Assembly: GCA_038214755.1 (NCBI GenBank) | Contig: JBBQRQ010000002.1 | Location: forward strand, 47,882-111,881 | Direction of reading: 5' to 3' | DNA: 64,000 bases | Source: Verrucomicrobiota bacterium | GTDB lineage: Bacteria; Verrucomicrobiota; Verrucomicrobiia; Limisphaerales; CANJXF01 | Shown here: positions 9,009-18,162 of the stretch, piece after piece | Position numbering within the stretch: position 1 is the first letter of the stretch | Layout: every line of letters starts with the position of its first letter | The notes under the pieces: generated by a model | What the model was told of the DNA's origin: nothing | Databases searched by the model: none | The model's input: the letters and a program-made list of their open reading frames with translations, nothing else | Made by a program: the position numbers and the translations under genes

Positions 9009-10133
9009 TCAAATCAGCTTCTTGTACCTTTTATCTTCGGACATTTTTTTCACCAGCTCTTTGACTTTTTGCGCCTGACTTTTGTGCGCGAGCAAAACGG
9101 CGTCGTCGGTTTGCACCAGGATTGAATCGCGCAAACCGACCACCGCTATCGGCGTGCGATTTTTGGTGCGCGCGTCGAAAATAATATTTCGCGCAGCATC
9201 GACGTGGATAAAATCGCCCACGGCGCAGTTGCCTTCCGCATCGGATTTCAAGTGGCGGGCGAGGGCGTTCCAGGAACCGAGGTCGTCCCACTCAAAACTG
9301 CCATCGGCGACGACGACGTTTTGCGCCTGCTCCATCAGCGCGAAGTCGATGGAGATTTTTTTTATTTCGGGATATTCCTTCGCCAAAACTTTTTCGAGTT
9401 TCGGTGTCCCCGCCGCTTTGAACCAACGTTGACACGCCTCCGCCATTTCAGGCTGATGTTTTTCCAGACCTTGCGTGATGGTGACGAACGACCAGATAAA
9501 CATCCCGGCGTTCCAGCGATAATTTCCGCTGTTCACATATTCGACGGCGCGGTCGTGATACGGTTTCTCGACGAACTGTTCCGCTTTGAAAAAAGTTGTC
9601 TTGTAAGGTTTGACTCCGCTCGGAGGCGGCAATGCGTTGCCCGTCCGAATGTAGCCGTAACCGGTCGCAGGTTCGGTCGGTTTGATTCCAAGCGTGACGA
9701 TGACTCGTCCGCGACTGGCGAGATCAAAAGCATCGGCGAGAACCTGCTGAAATTTTTTCTCATCGGGAATGACGTGATCGGCGGGCAAGACGGCCATGAC
9801 CGCATTCGTCGAACGTTGTCCAACCATCGCCGCGCCGAGCGTGACTGCGGCGCAAGTGTCGCGGCCAATCGGCTCACCAATGACATTTTCTTTTGGCAAT
9901 TTGGGAATCTGTTTTCGCACGGCATCCGCCTGCACCGTGTTGGTGATGATGAAAATATTTTTGAGCGGCACGAGCGGCAAAACACGTTCGACCGCCTGTT
10001 GTAAAAAAGATTTTCCGCCGAACAAGGTGATGAGTTGCTTCGGCATTTTCTCGCGGCTCACCGGCCAGAAACGTTCGCCTTTTCCACCGGCCATGATGAT
10101 GACGAAACGATTTTTAGTGTCCTTTGAAGTCAT
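9009..10133 (-). CDS. manC: Mannose-1-phosphate guanylyltransferase
   Basis: IMAGGKGERFWPVSR nucleotide-binding motif, PTEPATGYGYI, and a left-handed helix C-terminus. Confidence 0.85.
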   Translation of the reverse strand: MTSKDTKNRFVIIMAGGKGERFWPVSREKMPKQLITLFGGKSFLQQAVERVLPLVPLKNIFIITNTVQADAVRKQIPKLPKENVIGEPIGRDTCAAVTLGAAMVGQRSTNAVMAVLPADHVIPDEKKFQQVLADAFDLASRGRVIVTLGIKPTEPATGYGYIRTGNALPPPSGVKPYKTTFFKAEQFVEKPYHDRAVEYVNSGNYRWNAGMFIWSFVTITQGLEKHQPEMAEACQRWFKAAGTPKLEKVLAKEYPEIKKISIDFALMEQAQNVVVADGSFEWDDLGSWNALARHLKSDAEGNCAVGDFIHVDAARNIIFDARTKNRTPIAVVGLRDSILVQTDDAVLLAHKSQAQKVKELVKKMSEDKRYKKLI

Positions 10134-10207
10134 AAAGTTTTTTGCGTTGCAAAGTGGTCGGGGCTTTTAAACAACATCATAGCGAGACGAAATTAAAGGT
10201 TTTGTCG

Positions 10208-10241
10208 GGAAGCGCGTCTCAGCATTGCCCAACCTTACTAC
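10208..10241. repeat. Single REP unit (the reverse complement starts with GTAG)
   Basis: ggaagcgcgtctcagcattgcccaaccttactac. No partner arm is seen nearby. Confidence 0.5.
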
Positions 10242-10378
10242 TGCGGGCCTTGGCACTTTGACTCTTACTTGCTCGCTCAGGAAATGAATCTAAGTGAACC
10301 GCTTGCGAGGTCAAAACAAAGATATCCGGACGGTGCGGAACTTGACCCCTCGAAGCAAGGCGGGCAAGGTAGCGAGGC

Positions 10379-10621
10379 TTGAGACGGCCCACGAAATTCC
10401 ATGATACGGCTCACGCAGAAAAACGGAGAGGGGAGCGCGGGTTGTCAGTGGTGGGAATGCAGGAGGTTGTTTGCCAGGCCGACCGCTGGATCCAGCATCG
10501 GCGTGGCGAGCATGGCGGATTTGTTTATGAATTTATTCAACGGCGCGGCGACATCACCGTGACCGTAATCGCCGAAATAAAAAAATTAGACTGTTGGCTC
10601 ATTACCGGCTGGAGCGAGTGA
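10379..10621 (+). CDS. DUF4258-like small protein (putative toxin)
   Basis: FHDTAHAEKRRGERGLSVVGMQEVV resembles the DUF4258 N-terminus. TTG start only. It abuts a DUF2283 gene. Confidence 0.4.
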   Translation: MRRPTKFHDTAHAEKRRGERGLSVVGMQEVVCQADRWIQHRRGEHGGFVYEFIQRRGDITVTVIAEIKKLDCWLITGWSE

Positions 10622-10622
10622 T

Positions 10623-10937
10623 ATGAAAACCCATCACACCGAAATCATCGTAGTGAAGTGCAAGACACCGCCAACGGTCGAGATAGATACCGAGGCCTCG
10701 GCTGCTTACGTGCGCTTCAAGCGCGCGAGGGTCGCCAGGACAGAGCGGCATCGTGTGAAATGGCCAATCGTTACGCTCGACTTCGACAGTCATGGTGAAG
10801 TTATCGGGATCGAGTTCGTCGGAGTCAAAAAATTTAATTTGGGCTGGCTGCTCAAACAAGTGCCGCTCAAAGCGTCGTCCCGCGCTATTGACAAGGCCAA
10901 TTACGTTTCAGCGGAAGCGAATGGCGTCGCAGCTTGA
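10623..10937 (+). CDS. DUF2283 domain protein (putative antitoxin partner)
   Basis: EIDTEASAAYVRFKRARV...VTLDFDSHGEVIGIEFVGVK matches the DUF2283 pattern. The ATG follows the upstream stop by 1 nt. Confidence 0.6.
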   Translation: MKTHHTEIIVVKCKTPPTVEIDTEASAAYVRFKRARVARTERHRVKWPIVTLDFDSHGEVIGIEFVGVKKFNLGWLLKQVPLKASSRAIDKANYVSAEANGVAA

Positions 10938-10957
10938 AGAAAGATTTAGATATTCCT

Positions 10958-11152
10958 TCACTTTGCTAGACTATTGACTCGAAAGGCTTCTGGATTTTCG
11001 CTTAGGCGGCCGTGTGGCGTTCCTAAAGTGTAAGCTTCGAAACAAGCTTCACAAAATTTCCGGATAGAATCCGCGGGGCGCGCAACCGAAACCGCTACTC
11101 GCTTAACGGCTTCGTTGTCGCAGAACTGGTTGTCGCAAAATGTTGTTTTCAT
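10958..11152 (-). CDS. Hypothetical small Cys-rich protein
   Basis: 64 aa with an ATG start. CDNQFC...CEAC suggests a zinc-ribbon-like fold. Confidence 0.4.
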   Translation of the reverse strand: MKTTFCDNQFCDNEAVKRVAVSVARPADSIRKFCEACFEAYTLGTPHGRLSENPEAFRVNSLAK

Positions 11153-11217
11153 TTTTTCCTTCTACGTAAATATCCCTTTCAGCAATTTTTCGAGCCGCGC
11201 TGGAGTCACCCTCGAAG

Positions 11218-11532
11218 TCAGGTAATTCGGATTTCATAAGAGACCAGCCAAATATCGAGTTGCCGGAATCGTTGTTTCAAAGTGGATTTGAAGTTCGCGA
11301 AGAATTCAGCGTTTTCCGGCGTGTCCTCCACGTCCACGAAGAAGCGGACATTTTCCTCTTCGTAACGCTTTGCTTCGTGATGCCAGATGCCGCGAAGGAT
11401 TTCCGGTTGCCAGGTGATTGCCCCAAATCGTGCGACGATTTCTTCCGCCGTTTCCCAATATTTCGACGGCTCGATTGGAGCACCGTCGTTATACCGAGTG
11501 GGCAAGGTTATCTCGTAGCGCCTGAACGACAT
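11218..11532 (-). CDS. Hypothetical protein
   Basis: ATG at 11532 (MSFRRYEITLPTRYNDG...). The composition looks coding but no family is recognised. Confidence 0.5.
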   Translation of the reverse strand: MSFRRYEITLPTRYNDGAPIEPSKYWETAEEIVARFGAITWQPEILRGIWHHEAKRYEEENVRFFVDVEDTPENAEFFANFKSTLKQRFRQLDIWLVSYEIRIT

Positions 11533-11716
11533 CGTCCTGATGGAGTGTTTGCTGAAGTGTGTAGGACAAATCTTGAGAGTCCAGCCATTCGAGCGCCGCC
11601 GCAGGAACGATGAACACCTGGTCACGCAGGACTGTGACGCGGCCGCGCTGCATCATTCCCCGCAACGCGCGAGCACAGTCATCGGAGGATTCGATTCTGA
11701 TTTTGGCAAACTTCAT
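11489..11716 (-). CDS. Hypothetical protein
   Basis: ATG at 11716 (MKFAKIRIESSDDCARALRG...). It overlaps the downstream ORF by 44 nt. Confidence 0.45.
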   Translation of the reverse strand: MKFAKIRIESSDDCARALRGMMQRGRVTVLRDQVFIVPAAALEWLDSQDLSYTLQQTLHQDDVVQALRDNLAHSV

Positions 11717-11756
11717 CGCGCGAATTAAAGTAGTTATGCCGAAGTAAGCGGTCAAA

Positions 11757-12554
11757 CTATGATTTAATCGCAAGCCCAAGCGACTTCACGAATTCACTGA
11801 CGCGCTTCACAAGCTCCGGCGATTTTTCATGCTCCGCAATTTGATTCACGATTGCGCTGCCCACGACCACCGCATCGCCGTAGGTCGCAATCGTCTTCGC
11901 CTGCTCCGGCGTTGAAACACCGAACCCGATGGCAATCGGCAGGTTCGTGTGCGCGCGGATCTTCGCTGTCATCGACGAAATGGTGTCGGAAATTTTTTGC
12001 TGCATTCCGGTGACACCTTCGCGCGAGACGTAATAAATAAATCCAGTGCCGCGTTTGACGATGAGTTCGATTCGATCATCGGGCGTCGTCGGAGCAACGA
12101 GATAAATTACGCAGAGGCGAGCATCGGCCATGAGCGTTTCGTAATTTTCAGATTCTTCGGGCGGCAAATCCAGAACCAGCAAACCATCCACACCCGATTG
12201 CGCGGCGTCTTGAATAAATTTTTTCAATCCGTAGCGATGTATCAGATTGAAATAAATGTAGAGCACGATGGGAATTTGCGATTCACGACGAATGGTCGCG
12301 ACCGTGTCCAAAACTTTCGCTGGCGTTGTGCCAGAGGCCAGTCCGCGTTGCGCTGCCAGTTGATTGACCAATCCATCGGCCAGCGGATCGCTGAAGGGAA
12401 CGCCGAGTTCGAGAATATCCACGCCCGCTTTTTCGAAAGCCAAAGCAAGTTCCCGCGTCGATTTTAAATCCGGATCACCCGCGCCGATGTAAACGATGAA
12501 GCCTTTTTGCGAATTTTTTTTGAGTTGGGCGAAGCGTTCGCTGATGCGGTTCAT
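11757..12554 (-). CDS. trpA: Tryptophan synthase alpha chain
   Basis: FIVYIGAGDPD, ILELGVPFSDPLADG and YYVSREGVTG motifs. The ATG at 12554 is preferred over the TTG at 12593. Confidence 0.9.
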   Translation of the reverse strand: MNRISERFAQLKKNSQKGFIVYIGAGDPDLKSTRELALAFEKAGVDILELGVPFSDPLADGLVNQLAAQRGLASGTTPAKVLDTVATIRRESQIPIVLYIYFNLIHRYGLKKFIQDAAQSGVDGLLVLDLPPEESENYETLMADARLCVIYLVAPTTPDDRIELIVKRGTGFIYYVSREGVTGMQQKISDTISSMTAKIRAHTNLPIAIGFGVSTPEQAKTIATYGDAVVVGSAIVNQIAEHEKSPELVKRVSEFVKSLGLAIKS

Positions 12555-12600
12555 TGGCAAACGAGGATGCGGACAAATAATGTTGGAGTTCAAGCTCCGG

Positions 12601-12731
12601 GTAGCATCTGCCTCCGGCGGGTGCGAGGCATCTTCACTTCATCCGCCATGCATCCAAACTATCCACCAATCCAATCATCCAACCATTCAATCTCGGATTG
12701 TGAACTCGCACCCGCCGGAGGCAGATGCTAC
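12601..12731. repeat. REPIN-like inverted REP pair (GTAGCATCTGCCTCCGGCGGGTGCGA family) with an ATCCA-rich spacer
   Basis: gtagcatctgcctccggcgggtgcgagg (from 12601) pairs with ctcgcacccgccggaggcagatgctac (to 12731). The spacer of about 75 nt is rich in atcca/aatcc motifs. The TAG stop of the upstream gene lies in the right arm. Confidence 0.9.
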
Positions 12732-14236
12732 CCGACCGCCAGCACGCGCAAATCTTCCGGCGTTTGAGCGCGGTCGATGATCTGCGCGTAATGTGAAATT
12801 TGCATGGGAGAAAATAAATCCAGCAGAGAAATTTTTATCGGCCCCAACTCTCCCGTGAGCGTCACGTGATCCCATTGCGCGGAAATAATCGCATCGCAAA
12901 ATTTTTGCACGCACTTGCCGCGAATCAACGCGCGCGTGGTCAAGGGCGGACCGCAAATCGCCGCGCGCACCGCTCCCTCGGCCGGCACATTTTCAAAAGC
13001 GCCGGATTGTTCCAAGCCGAAATAGAGTCCTTCGTTTCGGTCGAGCCGGTGATATTCCAAGTCGAGACTTTGCAGCCACGGATCGTCGTCCCCTACATTT
13101 TGCGCGGCTTGAAATTCACGGATGAGCGCAAGTTTCGCCACCCAGTCGAGCCGGTTTCGACAGCGGAGATAATCCGTTTCCAAATCGTCGAGCACCGTTT
13201 CCCAATGGGCGACCACTTGCGCTTTGGACGAATCGGACAAATCGCAAACTTCCCGGACCGCTTGCAAATATTTTCGCTGAACTTCGACGGCGGTGGACCT
13301 TTGCGAATTTTGCAAAATCAGTTCCCAACGACATTTCGGGTCGCGCGAAATGGCCGGCAGCGCGCCGAGCGGGTCGCTCAAAATTGGATAAACTCGCTGC
13401 GGAAATCGCGTCAACGCCTCCAGCACGAGCGCCGTGGTGCCGACTTTCAACCGCGTGGCAAAGGGCGACATGTTCGCGTCGCCGATGATGACGTGAAACC
13501 GCCGATACAAATTAGGATTGGCGTGCGGTTCGTCTCGAGTGTTGACGAGCGGACGCCGCTGCATCGTGTCCACACTTTGCAGTTCGCTGAAAAAATCGCT
13601 GCGTTGAGCAATCTGAAATCCGGGCGAAACAAATTTGTCCTCGGCCTCGATGGCAAATTTCCCCGCGCCCGCGAAAATTTGCCGCGTGACCAAAAAAGCC
13701 TGGATGCTTTGCGCGAGTTTTTCCCAGGGCAAGGAGCGCGGCAGTAAATAATTTTCATGGCAACCGTAACTGTGTCCGCGAAAGTCGGTGTTGTTTTTGT
13801 AGAGGCGGACCGTCTCGCCGCGTTGCTCAGAAAGCTTGCGCGCGCAGCGCATCAAAATTCTTTCGCCGGCCCGATCTTGCGCGACGAGTTCATCGAGCGT
13901 GCTGCATTCCGGCGTGCAATATTCGGGATGAGCGTGGTCATTGTAAAAGCGCGCGCCGTTGCCGAGGATGAGGTCGCTTTTTATTTCGACGAAAGTCAAT
14001 TCGCGTTGCGCGTCCTGGGCAAAATAATTTGCTTCATCCGTATCCTGCCGAAGTTCCTCGACGTGAAAACCGCGCATGTCGGCATGTGGATCTTCGCTTT
14101 CATAATCCCAGCGCATCCAGACGCCGGGTTCCGTCGCGCTGCGCACCAGCGCGATGGATTCGGCGACGACGTCGAGTTGCTCCACGTTGTCTCGCGCGAT
14201 GCCGAATTCTGTTTCGATGCCGAATTGGATGTTCAT
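12728..14236 (-). CDS. Pup-ligase family protein (PafA/Dop-like)
   Basis: MNIQFGIETEFG start, plus FYNDHAHPEYCTPEC and GHSYGCHENYL motifs of the Pup ligase/deamidase family. The ORF-track N-terminal extension to 14428 is REP-encoded and is rejected. Confidence 0.8.
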   Translation of the reverse strand: MNIQFGIETEFGIARDNVEQLDVVAESIALVRSATEPGVWMRWDYESEDPHADMRGFHVEELRQDTDEANYFAQDAQRELTFVEIKSDLILGNGARFYNDHAHPEYCTPECSTLDELVAQDRAGERILMRCARKLSEQRGETVRLYKNNTDFRGHSYGCHENYLLPRSLPWEKLAQSIQAFLVTRQIFAGAGKFAIEAEDKFVSPGFQIAQRSDFFSELQSVDTMQRRPLVNTRDEPHANPNLYRRFHVIIGDANMSPFATRLKVGTTALVLEALTRFPQRVYPILSDPLGALPAISRDPKCRWELILQNSQRSTAVEVQRKYLQAVREVCDLSDSSKAQVVAHWETVLDDLETDYLRCRNRLDWVAKLALIREFQAAQNVGDDDPWLQSLDLEYHRLDRNEGLYFGLEQSGAFENVPAEGAVRAAICGPPLTTRALIRGKCVQKFCDAIISAQWDHVTLTGELGPIKISLLDLFSPMQISHYAQIIDRAQTPEDLRVLAVG

Positions 14237-14250
14237 TTCAGATTTGAAGG

Positions 14251-14402
14251 GTAGCACAGGCCACTGGCCTGTTCCGTCCGGCGACCCAACGGACGGAATG
14301 GTGAGAATGTCACACTGTCTAAAAAGATTTTTTTGTTCCGCGACGCCCTTCCCATTCCGCTCGGCGGGGTCGCCGAGCGGGACGGGCGAGTCGCCCGTGC
14401 TA
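14251..14402. repeat. REPIN-like inverted REP pair (GTAG-headed) in the mpa-pafA spacer
   Basis: gtagcacaggccactggcctgttccgtccggcgaccc (14251-14287) pairs with gggtcgccgagcgggacgggcgagtcgcccgtgctac (14366-14402). Confidence 0.8.
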
Positions 14403-14420
14403 CCCGTTAATTCGGCGACG

Positions 14421-16127
14421 TCAAACAATTCCTTTGCCGAACGAATCGTCTTTTCTGGGGCGAATCGGGCCGAGCTTGATCACATTCTCTGGATCGAAGT
14501 CCGTCAGCTTGAGCCAATCTTCCGTGATGTCGGTTGGCGGAAACAGGTCGTTTTCTTCGTACTCCTTTTTCAAGCCGTTCAATAAATCTTCACGCGTCAG
14601 TTGCGTTTCCTGGTTCGTTTCAATGGTGCGTTTGATGGCAAGGCTTTTCGCCCGCTCGACCACCGCCGCGATGATGGCGCCGCTGGCCAGATCGCCTCGA
14701 TGCAGAAAATCTTTTTTCCCGCTGCGATAGACAATTTCCAAAAATTGATTTTCCGGCGTGCGCGCAAAATGCGCTTCGGTGATGGCTTGCGCCAAATCTT
14801 TTTTCGGTTCGGCCAGTGGCAACGAGTCGCGCAAATAAATTTCGTAAATATTTTGCGCGCCAGTTTTGTCCGGGCGATTGACTTTTATTTTTCGATCAAT
14901 GCGGCCGGGACGCAAAATCGCCGGGTCAATCAAGTCCGCGCGGTTCGAGGCGAGAATTACGACGACGTTGTGCAGCGGCTCCAATCCGTCCATCTCGGTG
15001 CAAAACATCGGGACGAGCGTGCTCAAAATGCTGGAGTAACGCCCCGCGCGCCGCGTGCCGAGAATGGATTCCGCCTCGTCGATGAAGAGAAATGCGAGAG
15101 CGCCGTCGCTGGCCCGTTCGCGGCATTGGGAAAAAAGATCGCGCACCTGCCGTTCGGATTCGCCGACCCACATGTTCAAAATTTCCGGGCCTTTGACGTG
15201 CAGAAAAAATTCGGGGTGATCGACACCGGTTTGATTTTTAATTTGTTGACGCAGGTTGAACGCGGTCGCTTTGCCCAAAAGAGTTTTTCCGCAGCCGGGC
15301 GGGCCATGCAAAAGAAAACCTTTCGGGACGGTGTGCTGAAAACGTTTGAACAAATCACGGTGCAAGAAAGGAAGTTCGATGGTGTCGCGAATCGCTTGCA
15401 CCGCTTCTTCCTGACCGCCGACGGCAGCCCAGGGAAGTTCATCCACTTTTTCCAGCGAGCGTTCGATGCGTTTGCCGACGCCGATGACTTCGAGAGCGAC
15501 ACGCTGATTGGCGTCGAGGCGAATATCCATTCCCGGCTTCAACTTTTCTTTGGCGAGCAAGGAGGAACGAAGAAGGACGAGCGGCGAAAAGCCGGATTCC
15601 TGCCCGATGCGCAGACGTCCGTCGGAAAGCAATTCGTCGATGCGAACAATCGGGCCGTTGCGATCAAAGCCAAGTCCCTGCACGACGGCGAAAGCTTCGT
15701 TGCACAAAACGCGCTGGCCGATTTGCAAACTGGCCAGCGGGATTTGCGGGTCGAGCCGGCAAACGTAATCTGAGCCACCGACGCACACGTGCGCTTTGTC
15801 CGGATCAATCGGCATGAGAAAAGTGCCCACGCGAAAGGCGGGCGAGCGGAGTTTTTCGACAATCGCGTCGAGCTTTTCAATGGCTTGACGCGCTTGCTCA
15901 TTGATTTCTTCCATCTCAGAAATGCGGTCGCGCAAATAAATCAAATCGAGGATGGAGGTGTGGCGTGGAGGAAGTTTTTGGGCGATGAGATCGACGAGTT
16001 GCAGCGTGGAAAGGGAATCCAATTGCTCGCGGGAAAGGAAATCTCCGAGCGGCGCAACCGGCTCGGGTTTTTCGCGCGGTGTTTCCGTTGGAGGTCGGGG
16101 CGCGGGCTTTTTTTTCGGTTCCGGCAT
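14421..16127 (-). CDS. Proteasome-associated AAA ATPase (Mpa/ARC type)
   Basis: N-terminal coiled coil, an OB-like segment (VCVGGSDYVCRLDPQ...IGQRVLCNEAFAVV), Walker A GPPGCGKTLLGKA, and ASNRADLIDPAILRPGRIDRKI. Confidence 0.85.
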   Translation of the reverse strand: MPEPKKKPAPRPPTETPREKPEPVAPLGDFLSREQLDSLSTLQLVDLIAQKLPPRHTSILDLIYLRDRISEMEEINEQARQAIEKLDAIVEKLRSPAFRVGTFLMPIDPDKAHVCVGGSDYVCRLDPQIPLASLQIGQRVLCNEAFAVVQGLGFDRNGPIVRIDELLSDGRLRIGQESGFSPLVLLRSSLLAKEKLKPGMDIRLDANQRVALEVIGVGKRIERSLEKVDELPWAAVGGQEEAVQAIRDTIELPFLHRDLFKRFQHTVPKGFLLHGPPGCGKTLLGKATAFNLRQQIKNQTGVDHPEFFLHVKGPEILNMWVGESERQVRDLFSQCRERASDGALAFLFIDEAESILGTRRAGRYSSILSTLVPMFCTEMDGLEPLHNVVVILASNRADLIDPAILRPGRIDRKIKVNRPDKTGAQNIYEIYLRDSLPLAEPKKDLAQAITEAHFARTPENQFLEIVYRSGKKDFLHRGDLASGAIIAAVVERAKSLAIKRTIETNQETQLTREDLLNGLKKEYEENDLFPPTDITEDWLKLTDFDPENVIKLGPIRPRKDDSFGKGIV

Positions 16128-16215
16128 GCGAGAAGTTTAATCGCCAAAATTAGTTTTGCAAACTGCGCGAATTTTTTTTGGACACGGCGATGAGATTCGA
16201 CGCAAAGTAAAAAAT

Positions 16216-16593
16216 ATGAAAATTGCCAAAATCGTTGTCCGCCTGCTAATGGGATTGTTGTTTCTGCTTTCATCCCTTGTTGTCCTTTTTAAACTCGCGC
16301 CGCAACCGGAGTTGAAAGGCGGCGCTAAACTTTTCATGGAGGGATTGATGGCGTCGGTTTATTTTATCCCGCTGCTGAAGATCACCGAGCTCCTCTGTGC
16401 GATTGCTTTTATTTCGGGCCGGTTCGTGGCGCTCGCCACGGTGGTGATATTTCCGGTCGTCTTGAACATCGTGTTGTATCACGCCTTTCTTGATCCGAAA
16501 GGTTTGCCTGTGGCGATAGTGATTTTGCTGGCGAATTTATTCCTGGCGTTTGCCTACAGGAAAAATTACGCAACGCTACTGGCGGCGAAATAA
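16216..16593 (+). CDS. DoxX-like small membrane protein
   Basis: ATG at 16216. Four predicted TM helices across about 125 aa. Confidence 0.5.
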   Translation: MKIAKIVVRLLMGLLFLLSSLVVLFKLAPQPELKGGAKLFMEGLMASVYFIPLLKITELLCAIAFISGRFVALATVVIFPVVLNIVLYHAFLDPKGLPVAIVILLANLFLAFAYRKNYATLLAAK

Positions 16594-16759
16594 TTGTTAC
16601 GGGAAGAATGCCTCTGAAGAATCCAATTGCGAAAGTGGAGGCGAAAGTCGGGATTGATCCAAAACGCAGTGATCTTGGAAACAAACTACGTAGTTTACGA
16701 TTTTTTGATTGCGTGTCGACCCTATCAGAAATCATTTCTTTTTCATTTTCAATGAGCGA

Positions 16760-18162
16760 GTTGCCTCATAAATAAAGACACCGAGGGGAAGCTTGGGAGA
16801 GGGGGAAAAACAATACGTTGCCTCACGGGAAAATGACACCGACAAACTGGAGGATGAAAATGAAAAAGAGCAGTTGTCGGCAAGAAGAGTTGGAGCGGTT
16901 GCAGCGGCGTTATGAAGGTCGCGGCAAGGAAGGCAAGACGCGCTTGCTCGACGAGTTTTGCGAGCAGCACGGCTACGAGCGCAAACATGCGATCAAGCTC
17001 CTGGGTGATCAATTGCCCAAAGGCAAAGGCGTGGCGCGCGTGGGAGCCGAACCGGTCTATGAACCGGTGCGGGAAGTCATCGAACAGATCTGGAAAGCCA
17101 GCGAACAACTTTGCGGCAAGCGGCTGGAACCGGCGCTGGAACTGTGGCTGCCGCATTACGGCAAACATTATGGAAGCCTGTGGCCGACGCAAAAGAAGCT
17201 CTTAAAAGAAGTCAGCGCGGCGACGTTGGATCGGATGCTGGCCGGGTTGAAAACGGAAGTGCCACGGCGTTTGTGCGGCACACGCCCGGGGACATTGTTG
17301 CGCCAACAGATTCCGATTCAAGGGGAAGTGTGGGATGAAAAGCGGGCGGGATTTCTGGAAGCCGACAGCGTGGCCCACTGCGGGTCGAGTCTGGCCGGAG
17401 ATTTTATTTGGAGCCTGACCTATACGTGTTTGGGCAGCGGCTGGACCGAAGGCCGGGCGGTGTGGAACAAGGGCGCGCACGGGGTGGTGGAGCAAACCAA
17501 AGACGTGGAGGAGAATCTGCCCTTTCCATTGTTGGGGATGGATTTTGACAACGGCAGCGAATGGCTCAACTGGCATCTGGTGCATTATTTGCAGGAGCGG
17601 GTGGCGCCGGTGAAGCTGACGCGCTCGCGTCCCTATCACAAGGATGACAACGCGCATGTGGAACAGAAGAACTGGATGTGGCCGCGCCAGGTGTTGGGTT
17701 ACAGCCGGCTGGAGAAAGCCGAAGCCGTGCCGTTAATCAACCGGCTCTACAAAGAAACGTGGGGGCCGTTGCAGAACTTTTTTCTGCCCTCGGCCCGGCT
17801 GGTGGAAAAGCATCGGGAAGGCAGCCGTTGGGTGCGGCGGCTGATCGTCCGCAAACGGCGTATTAACGATTGGCGCAGGGCGGGCAGTTGAGTAAAAAAG
17901 AGGCGAGGCGATTGCAGGATTGGAAAGAGTCGTTGGATCCCTTTGAACTGGCGGGCAAACCGATCTGCAACTCAAACCGATATTAAGATGAAGCAAAAAG
18001 AAATCAGTCGCCAAATTTTTTGCTCCTGCTGCTGCGCAGCAGCAGGGGCCAAACCCCCTCCTGACGGAGGCGAAAACAAAAAACCCGTCGGTGTCATTTA
18101 ACGTGAGGCAACGATTACCCTAAATTACCAAAATTCTCGGTGTCATTTATCCTTGAGGCAAC
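16760..18162 (+). mobile_element. Insertion sequence with two nested pairs of terminal inverted repeats and a decayed rve/DDE transposase
   Basis: Outer IRs are at 16760-16785 and 18136-18162; inner IRs are at 16816-16843 and 18087-18113. All share the core GTTGCCTCA-N8-9-GACACCGA. No target-site duplication is evident. Confidence 0.8.
16854..17986 (+). pseudogene. DDE (rve-type) transposase, frameshifted with a premature stop
   Basis: DDE contexts EADSV, DFDNGSE and HVEQKN. The frame breaks near 17840 (..RWVRR, then DRPQTAY in another frame). TAA at 17864-17866, then RLAQGGQLSKKEARRLQDWKESLDPFELAGK runs to 17986. Confidence 0.7.

Noticed and set aside
14237-14420. Small Pup/UBact-like ORF between the ATPase and the Pup-ligase-family gene
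   Set aside because: The spacer is a GTAG REP pair. The only short frame (MGRASRNKKIFLDSV..., about 38 aa) is REP-encoded and has no Gly-Gly-Gln/Glu-type C-terminus.
16678-16706. Possible terminator after the DoxX-like gene (aaactacgtagttt followed by a T-run)
   Set aside because: The stem is only about 5 AT-rich base pairs, too weak to call.
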